Assembly: GCF_036373705.1 (NCBI RefSeq)
Contig: NC_089855.1
Span: 18,085,962-18,149,961 of the forward strand
DNA: 64,000 bases
Origin: Amia ocellicauda
Lineage: Eukaryota
Reading direction: 5' to 3'
Below the pieces are notes generated by a model. It had not been told where the DNA came from, ran no database searches, and saw nothing but the letters and a program-made list of their open reading frames with translations. How positions within the stretch are numbered: the stretch's first letter is position 1; the number at the start of each line of letters is the position of its first letter. A program made the position numbers and the translations under genes. Below are positions 57,603 through 64,000 of the stretch, in pieces.

Positions 57603-59869
57603 CAACAACATTGTTAATAATTTCAGCTTTAACGGCATGTTCTGTAGCCTTTTGTACTGTGAAGTTTAAATCTCAAACCTTTTTGCAAACCTAGGTTACA
57701 GATACTGCTGTGAAGCATATTGAAATGAACCACGGCATTAATTAACGGGATCTGTTTTAAGCAAGTTCTCACGTCTTCTGATTTGCAATAGAACTTCTTG
57801 ACGACTGTGGCCATCCTCCTGGAAGCTGGTGCTTATGTCAACGCCCAGCAGAACAGCGGAGAGACTGCTTTAATGAAGGTGGAGTAAAGAGTCTTAATGG
57901 CTGGATTGTTCTGTTGAAAAACTACTCTTTCTCTGATTCTATTGCTAATTGATTGGCCTCTGCAATTGTCCACTTGAGATCAAAGTGTAATCAGTGATGA
58001 CCCCTTTTCCACACCAGACCACGTGATCACGGCTCCTTTAGAGTCCAAGACTGCTAACCGCTGTGCAGCACCAATAAAAGCTAGCGTATCAGAACCGACT
58101 CTGATATCAGGGTATGACCCATAATCAGGTTTTTGTTTAAGCAAATAACATACAAATAGTTATGACCAAATGACACTATTCCTGGTCTGACACGCTAACT
58201 AAATAAAGGTGGGAGTTTGTGCCTGTAGTTGTTTAACTCTAATTTACCTTGATGACGACAAAGGCTCACTTGAGTGAGGGCACTCTGCCTGCCATTGATG
58301 GATTTTCAACTTGACGTTTAAACATCTATTACTAATAGGCACTGAAAATCAACAAACATATTCCCAGGCTCTTAACTAGAGAAAATGGGTGTGTTATCAC
58401 GCATGTATATAGAGTACTGCTTGTGTGAATGAGAAATTCCAGTACGACTCCAGACTCTTCTGGACATAAATAAAAGTATTGCGTCATGTGCAGCTGAGGG
58501 CGAGCTTGTGAAACCGGTTTTATTTCAGGCATGCAAAAAAGGGAACGCCGATATAGTGAGGCTGCTCTTGGAATACGGTGCCGACTGCAACATCCTGTCC
58601 AAACACCAGAACAGTGCCCAGCACTATGCCAAGCTCCACAACAGCGTGCAGGTGTATGATCTCATCAAGGCACACATGGACACGTGAGGGGCTTGTGTTC
58701 TTTTCTTTTGATTGAGGAAGATGATGTTCAATATTATTATTTTAATCTAGTAGAGAAAGTGATACACACACAATGAATGCCCAGTTTAGTGTCCTTACCC
58801 TGCTCTTGGAAAAGCAAGAACACTGCCGATAGTCATGGAGATTGTGTTGTGTGACGGCAGGCTGTCGAGTGTGGCGGAGGACACGATCCGGGATTACTTT
58901 GAGACCCGCCTGGTCCTGCTGGAGCCCGTGTTTCCACTGGCCTGTCACAGACTGTGCGAGGGGCCGGACTTTGCACGGGAATTCACCTACAAACCGCCAC
59001 ACAACCCAACTGAGGGTAAGCAAGGGGTGCATTTAATTGAACTGTAAGGCCTACTTGTGGAAAAACAGTTCCATGGTGCATCAAGATGGAGGTAGTGCAG
59101 TCAGGGGGAGTGTTAGACAGCTGAAGTGAGTGCTCTCTGCATTGCAGGCTCTGGGATTCTCCTCTTCATCTTTCACGCCAACTTCTTCGGTGGCAATGAG
59201 ATCACGGCGCGGCTCTGCGGGCCCTGCAGTGTGCAGGCGGTGGTGCTCAACGACAAGTTCCAGCTGCCTGTGTTCCTGGTGAGGATGGCTCTCTTACAAT
59301 TCATTATGACTTCTGTGCATAACTTGATCTTATTTTTGTTTGTTTGAAATCAGTCTTCAAAGTGTAGGATATGCACTGGATTAAAGGAAGGGAAAAGACC
59401 TCATGGTTTTTAAGTATCCATACTTTGCATACTACTAATTGTCATTCTTTCTTTCGATTGTTTTCCAGGACAGCCATTTCATTTACTCCTTCAGCCCTGT
59501 GCAAGGACTGAACAAACTCTTCATCAGATTGGCAGAAGCCCCAACGGCTAAGGTAACAAACAAGCCGTTAATAAAGTTGAATAAGCATGGCATGTTTTAA
59601 ACCTAATCCTATAATGCACGGTTCCCTGCCCATTTTGCATTATTTTTTTCTATTCAAATGTGAATCACCATTTCATTGTGACAGGTGACTGAGCTGGGGT
59701 GTGTGTTGTTGTAGGTGAGATGTGCTGGGGAGTAATTCACAGAGTTTGGATGTGATAATGTATTCTGTATTCGTAAACTTAATAATTGAAAAGAAAAAAG
59801 GCAAACTCTTATTGTCTTCCTTTGCAGGTGAAGCTATTAATTTGTGCGTATAGAGTCCAGCTACAGTGA
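46474..59869 (+). CDS. mphosph8: M-phase phosphoprotein 8 (MPP8). Complete CDS of about 15 exons. N-terminal chromodomain, a K/E/S-rich disordered middle and C-terminal ankyrin repeats.
   Basis: Chromodomain DVFEVEQIIDER…GRISYRVRWKGYTSEDDTWEPEAHLADCKEVLHAF matches human MPP8 EDVFEVEKILDMK…VLYKVRWKGYTSDDDTWEPEIHLEDCKEVL. The C-terminal region also matches (LKLDWMTLEDFQKHLNGED; GDYLTVKLALNSKEDYNLDQE; DSSGMSLAMLAAAGGQDDILRLLIKKG; CHRLCEGPDF; SGILLFIFHANF…CGPCSVQAVVLNDKFQLPVFL; VKLLICAYRVQLQ*). Confidence 0.9.
46900..46927. repeat. (TG)n microsatellite
   Basis: Read directly. Confidence 0.9.
51552..51698 (+). CDS. mphosph8: mphosph8 chromodomain exon (GRISYRVRWKGYTSEDDTWEPEAHLADCKEVLHAFRRKQSESKAKKESV)
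   Basis: Acceptor gtttgtgacag|GGG, donor AGTGTG|gtaagg. Confidence 0.9.
52422..52559 (+). CDS. mphosph8: Candidate additional in-frame mphosph8 exon (VEGAQAIGCSAVQAGQQDLAPEVSNGADEKQGAVAANAAQKDTPQK). It may be lineage-specific or alternative.
   Basis: Acceptor aaatgcag|GTG, donor CAGAAG|gtaaga. It is 46 codons long and keeps phase 0 between exons 51552-51698 and 53248-. It has no counterpart in the human protein as I recall it. Confidence 0.45.
53248..54402 (+). CDS. mphosph8: mphosph8 large K/E/S-rich exon ([34 protein letters not shown]…). The 3' boundary is uncertain.
   Basis: Acceptor ttttaaatag|AAG. The ORF 53251-54420 frame supports it, and human …FEANSDSDQQSETKEDTSPKKKKKKL is matched. 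The donor was placed at the phase-0 CCGAAG|gtttt (weak). An earlier phase-0 donor cannot be excluded. Confidence 0.6.
55041..55149 (+). CDS. mphosph8: mphosph8 exon (PTAKAEKKTKPARETPVQRPEPDKVEKARKDPRIPE)
   Basis: Acceptor tttgcatgtag|CCC, donor CCGAGG|gtgagt. The frame was chosen for K/E-rich composition and for phase closure with the next exon. Confidence 0.55.
55512..55895 (+). CDS. mphosph8: mphosph8 exon (…ETEERPEAEKKDKKDDAHEKERLEEVRERRDDFRERREKWEELRERLERK…RLYIACDDNHEARDPLSLADKTS)
   Basis: Acceptor tttgttcccag|CT, donor CCTCTG|gtaatg. The end matches human TWAYIAAEGDQEVLDSV. Confidence 0.7.
56151..56273 (+). CDS. mphosph8: mphosph8 exon (ERAKPVLNLGVDLKLDWMTLEDFQKHLNGEDDILTATTISS)
   Basis: Acceptor tttcttgcag|AA, donor CATCCA|gtgagc. 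Confidence 0.85.
56708..56796 (+). CDS. mphosph8: mphosph8 exon (SELRESVKSGDYLTVKLALNSKEDYNLDQE)
   Basis: Acceptor ggtctttaag|GT, donor CAGGAG|gtcctt. Confidence 0.85.
57064..57204 (+). CDS. mphosph8: mphosph8 ankyrin-repeat exon (DSSGMSLAMLAAAGGQDDILRLLIKKGVKVNARQKAGNTALMHAADK)
   Basis: Acceptor cactctctgcag|GAC, donor GATAAG|gtaatc. Confidence 0.9.
57577..57602. repeat. poly(A) homopolymer of about 26 nt in an mphosph8 intron
   Basis: Read directly. Confidence 0.95.
57792..57878 (+). CDS. mphosph8: mphosph8 ankyrin exon (NFLTTVAILLEAGAYVNAQQNSGETALMK)
   Basis: Acceptor gatttgcaatag|AAC, donor ATGAAG|gtggag. Confidence 0.9.
58529..58683 (+). CDS. mphosph8: mphosph8 ankyrin exon (ACKKGNADIVRLLLEYGADCNILSKHQNSAQHYAKLHNSVQVYDLIKAHMD)
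   Basis: Acceptor ttttatttcag|GCA, donor GGACAC|gtgagg. Confidence 0.85.
58861..59015 (+). CDS. mphosph8: mphosph8 exon (TLSSVAEDTIRDYFETRLVLLEPVFPLACHRLCEGPDFAREFTYKPPHNPTE)
   Basis: Acceptor gtgtgacggcag|G, donor ACTGAGG|gtaagc. Confidence 0.9.
59148..59278 (+). CDS. mphosph8: mphosph8 exon (GSGILLFIFHANFFGGNEITARLCGPCSVQAVVLNDKFQLPVFL)
   Basis: Acceptor ctctgcattgcag|GC, donor TTCCTG|gtgagg. Confidence 0.9.
59469..59552 (+). CDS. mphosph8: mphosph8 exon (DSHFIYSFSPVQGLNKLFIRLAEAPTAK)
   Basis: Acceptor gattgttttccag|GAC, donor GCTAAG|gtaaca. Confidence 0.9.
59828..59869 (+). CDS. mphosph8: mphosph8 last coding exon (VKLLICAYRVQLQ*)
   Basis: Acceptor cttcctttgcag|GTG. Stop TGA lies at 59867-59869. 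Confidence 0.9.
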   Translation: MKLLICAYRVQLQ

Positions 59870-62800
59870 AGCGTAAACCGCGGAGGACATGCCCAAACCC
59901 AGAATGCTGGACAGGCCAGGCCCCACAGTTCTCCAAAGACAACACCTACCTATGAAATAAAGCAACTCTGATGAGGGGGGGAGGTGGCTCAAGTTGTGGC
60001 TTCTTGCACAGTTACATACTTTTTAAGATCTAATTCATAAGCTGTAGTATGTTTTAGGACTGGTGTACACAGCCTCCCCGTTTTAAAGCCTGTTATATCT
60101 TTTATACGTATGGTTTTGTTACAAGGATCCTTTGTGTTCTGCTTAATCTGTCTGTACGCTCGCTGTAAAGTGACTGGAATGATCCTGGTGAGGGGAGGGT
60201 GGGAAATGCTGCAACAATAAACCCACATGTGCTGGTTGATCTGTCAGAGATGCCGTTTCTGGACCAAGCTTGTGATCCACTCCAGGCCATTTTACTAAAA
60301 CGATTTGTGAAAAAATACATTGCTGGTCAAACTCTGGAACTTGTTTGCCTTTTTTGGGTGTTTGCTCTAAATTATTTATTTTTGCTTAAATGGTTGTACA
60401 GCAGTTTCTTCCGCATTCAGTGACCTCAGACAGTGGATTAACATCTGTAATTGTTCTGACAACAGTCATAGTTATGGAGACCAACTGGTAAAAGCTTGGT
60501 GAATGAAACTGAATTGGAAGAGTACGATCTTCTCGGGCCGTGCAATCTAGGAGCCAGCGTACCTGCTGTGGTGTTCAGCTCTGTCCCAGGGCCGCAATCA
60601 GCTGGGTTTGATCGGTCTCCATAAATCCTTCACTCCTATCAACTTGAGGGGCAAAAGTTATTGTTCCAGTTAAGCAAAGACTTAGTAGAATTTACCATTG
60701 AATGAAAAGGAGAAGGGTAACCCTGTAGTTACTGAGGATGGACAGAGTGATTTTCCAGCAGTTTTTTTTTTGTTTTTTTTAATGAAAAGAATCCTGTTCC
60801 AAAGGGCTGAAAAGAGAAATAAAATCTATATGTATGGTCATTGGGATATACCATTAAATCTTTTCTGTATCCTGCAACGTGTCACTTGTCTGTTATACCA
60901 CGTTTGAAGCTCAGTTATGCATTCTGTAGTAATTTATGTATGGTCTGAATGAGCTTGTGTTGATGATCGCAATCATATTGTTTCATGAAAAGATGTTGCT
61001 TTTTTCACCAAAGACTTTAAGCTTGTGTAAGGCATGTAGGGTGTCTTCAAATATGCAGTTTAATGTCCATCTGGGCTTTGTGTATTCTGTTACATAGAGA
61101 TCACTTCCATGTATTTTTCTGTTTTGGAGTCTTTATCAGAGATATTTGCATTTTCAAGTAATCAAGGTGACAACCCAAAAACTACTTGGCAGACATTTTA
61201 ATCAATATAGTTTGAATAACTAAAAGAATGACAGATTAATTGGCCATTGAAGACTACATTTTCCAAAACAATCTCCTTAACTGAAACCTTTTGCACAGAA
61301 GGTCACCTATCAGTTATTTATGCTTAAGACCGTTTTCAGTCTAAGCACCCTGTTGCTCCAGGTCTCATTTGTTTGTGCAGTGTTGGCGCCCCATCACTTA
61401 CTAATGGCAGCGTCATTTGAACAGTCAGATATAAAAGGGTTCAGATGAGGCTTTCTCAGACTTCTCATTTCACCTAAAGGTGTATAGATTTAAATAAGAA
61501 TATAACTAAACAAAAATCTTGCAGAAATGTGATGGGTCCAGTAAAGCCATATATCTCAAGGTAATGGTTTATTTACAGGTCTGTTTAAGAAACCTAAAAT
61601 GTAATCTTTTTAAACCTGCTGCTCAATGTGTGGTGGTGAGTTAACTACATATTTTTGCAGTTAGCTGGTCAGTGCCTTTTTATCTAGAGGAGTGAAAGAA
61701 GCCTAACATACTGGTGTCTGTTAAGCATTCAACTGTGATTAGTGTTCAACACTACACTGGGAAGCAGGAAGCCAAAGGATTCCTTTAAGGTGATGCCTAA
61801 ATAAATCCCACAGATCACAAATTAGGCTTGATAAAGTGCGATTAATGTTTTGGGGAAGTTTTTTTTTTAATATGATTAATTTAATTTAGTGCTTTGGAGC
61901 AGAGCTTTGCAACCCTGTTCCACAGTCTTCTGTATTCTGTTAATCATTCTGTTATTCAGAATCACTGAACAAAGAAAGAAAGAACAAAACCATGTGGGTG
62001 AGCCAGTGAAGACCTTTAAGTGTGAAACCATGTGGAATGAAAACTGTCTGATACAGGGACATCCAGGGCTGAACCTCCCTGTGTTACACTATGACACTGT
62101 GTGCTTGTTGAACACCTTTATGGTTACAAACTAGATTGCACTTAATGAACTGATACAATCATTGGAAATTCTCCATCTCCCCCCCTCCCCTCCATTGGAG
62201 TTGGTGTACATATAGATAGAAGCCAGGAAGGGAATTGAGAGAAAATAAGTAATGGGGATTTTGTATTTCAAGGAAGAACAACACAATCAAGACAATCATG
62301 ATCCCATGAGACCAATTTTCCCAATTAATTACCACAATTTAGGTAAATATTTTGCACAAAATCTTAATTTTCTCATCTCCCTTGCTGGGCCCTGTATATA
62401 TGTTCGAACTGGTTAATCTTTGCTTTTGATATCTTTGCAAATGACTGTAAATCTAGATGTATTTAACATATTTAGTTCTGATTATATACATATAAAGCTA
62501 TTACTGACCATGTAGAATTGTCAATTGTAATTTTTTGCATTAAAATATATTGCATTATAATTTATTTTTCTGTAACAATTCCAACAGATAACATCTGAGT
62601 TCTTTACTAGACAAAGTATTTATCTCCTATACTGATCCTGCAGCGCTCCACTACTGATAAGCAGCTGACAGTGACCTCACATCATATATAAACCACAGTG
62701 TTGCTTCAACTGGACCCCAGCCGCCCACTGCACATCCAATAAGGGCAGCAGTTCAAAAAAACATCAAATTGAATTCTTAGAAGGAATACACAAGACAGGT

Positions 62801-64000
62801 TTGCACTTTTGGGATTTTATTGATTAAACACTAATTTAAACAACATGCAGAAGTATATTATTCTTACAGCTGGTTTCACAGATCTCAGTTACACTAGTCA
62901 TGGAATATCTTACCTAAAATAACAATTGGTATTCCAAGACTATTGCTAATATTGTCATGCTAATTATTAGCATATTGAAAATATGAATACTTACTTAAGA
63001 AGAGGTGTTCTGAAATGGACAAGGCTTCCTGGCTTGATATGCAACAGTTGCAGTAATTTGTTTGATGTGCTCATAAACTTACATGCATAACTATGTATGA
63101 GTATTTAAATAACCTTAATTTAGGCCCAGCTACAAATTGTAATCTACAATTTAGAATGGCTAGAATTTACTGGAACATTATTTTCTGTAATTGAATCAGA
63201 TTTTAATTGATTTTAATTTATAGAGTACAAGATTGTGATACCTGTTTGTACAGCATGTCATTTTCAACCAATGTAAATGTCTTAACTCATGTAGGTATTA
63301 CAGAGGAAAACAAGACACTAAGTGACACTAAATCCACCAGACAATCGACTAAAATACTTTAATGGCCAGACTTTGTTTGCTTTATGATTTAAAGCAAAAC
63401 AAATACGGGCGATATTTATCAATGCTACGCACTCAGAGCAAACAGTTGTCCACAGAACACCCTTTTATCCAAGGCGCTGGCAAGACAAACTGCAGTAAAT
63501 ACCTGGGGATGCCACCCTTCTGTTACGCAGGGCAGCAATGCTGGTCTGCTGGACTGCCACCCCTCCTGCAGCAGTATCTGGATCAGGGAGTCCCAGCACT
63601 AGTGTCAGTTGGTCAGTGCAGCACAAGTCCTTGGTACAGTGAGCTTAAGACCCGAGTTTCATTAAAATACTGCCTCTGACATGTTATCATTAACAGAAAG
63701 AGACCGTAGTCCCTGCAGAAGAATATACATGTTAAGGGCAGAAGATACAGAAGATCATTCACAGAGCACCACTGATCATACATAGCACAGTCCATTGAAC
63801 CCCGCTGAAAGTGTGTTTAGAAGTGCGCGTGTATTGATCTCTGCAACAGCAACCTCATCATTAGGACACCACCATACAGAAACTGCTTCCAGGGAAGGGC
63901 CACCTGTAATAAACGTACCTGTAGTGCCTGCTAAGACCACAGCATCGTCTCTCCCCACCTTTAACACCATCAACACAGGAGAGTTCTCTGCAAACAGAAG

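Noticed and set aside
63362-63976. ORFs near the 3' end of the window (63362-63679 plus; 63613-63976 minus) as a possible neighbouring gene (PSPC1-like would be expected from human synteny)
   Set aside because: There is no similarity to PSPC1 or to any protein I recognise, and no clear splice signals. They are left unannotated.
1-64000. Searched for CRISPR arrays, tRNA/rRNA genes, operon-like same-strand gene packing, Shine-Dalgarno-type starts and phage-like modules
   Set aside because: None are present. The only direct and inverted repeats are microsatellites and transposon TIRs. Coding regions are split by introns and spaced at eukaryotic densities.

Overview
This window is vertebrate nuclear DNA, almost certainly a ray-finned fish: it has GT-AG introns, Tc1/mariner transposons, microsatellites and CpG-island promoters. 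It is not a prokaryotic locus. I found no defence, CRISPR or operon-like system, and it would be wrong to force one.

The window carries four recognisable protein-coding genes. Their order matches a rearranged, compacted version of human 13q12.

1. **rnf17/tdrd4-like gene, 3' part (+ strand, exons 396-9676).** It is a multi-Tudor-domain gene whose 5' end lies upstream of the window.
2. **cenpj/CPAP/SAS-4 (- strand, CDS 10436-18328).** It converges tail-to-tail on rnf17. Its non-coding exon 1 sits near 19059-19200.
3. **parp4 / vault PARP (+ strand).** A non-coding exon 1 ends at 20030, and the CDS runs from 24386 to 43354. It lies head-to-head with cenpj across a roughly 0.9 kb promoter.
4. 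**mphosph8/MPP8 (+ strand, CDS 46474-59869).**

Exon boundaries were worked out by hand from splice-site consensus, reading-phase continuity and similarity to the human proteins. Expect errors of a few bp.

Introns hold two nests of Tc1-like DNA transposons:
- In an rnf17 intron (2101-5708) there are three elements. The middle one (3639-4861) keeps an uninterrupted 346-aa DDE transposase ORF.
- In a parp4 intron (33963-36964) one Tc1 element is nested inside another.

Other observations:
- The cenpj/parp4 bidirectional promoter carries two ZNF143 (Staf) binding-site-like motifs in opposite orientation, plus ETS and CCAAT motifs.
- A roughly 45-bp motif made of overlapping palindromes, about 90% identical, sits in both that promoter and the mphosph8 promoter.
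- A palindromic ATCCT/AGGAT motif cluster flanks a CpG-rich, ORF-less block upstream of mphosph8.
- mphosph8 has a candidate extra in-frame exon.
- There is an unresolved exon-phase problem in the parp4 low-complexity region.
- rnf17 and cenpj probably have overlapping convergent 3' UTRs.
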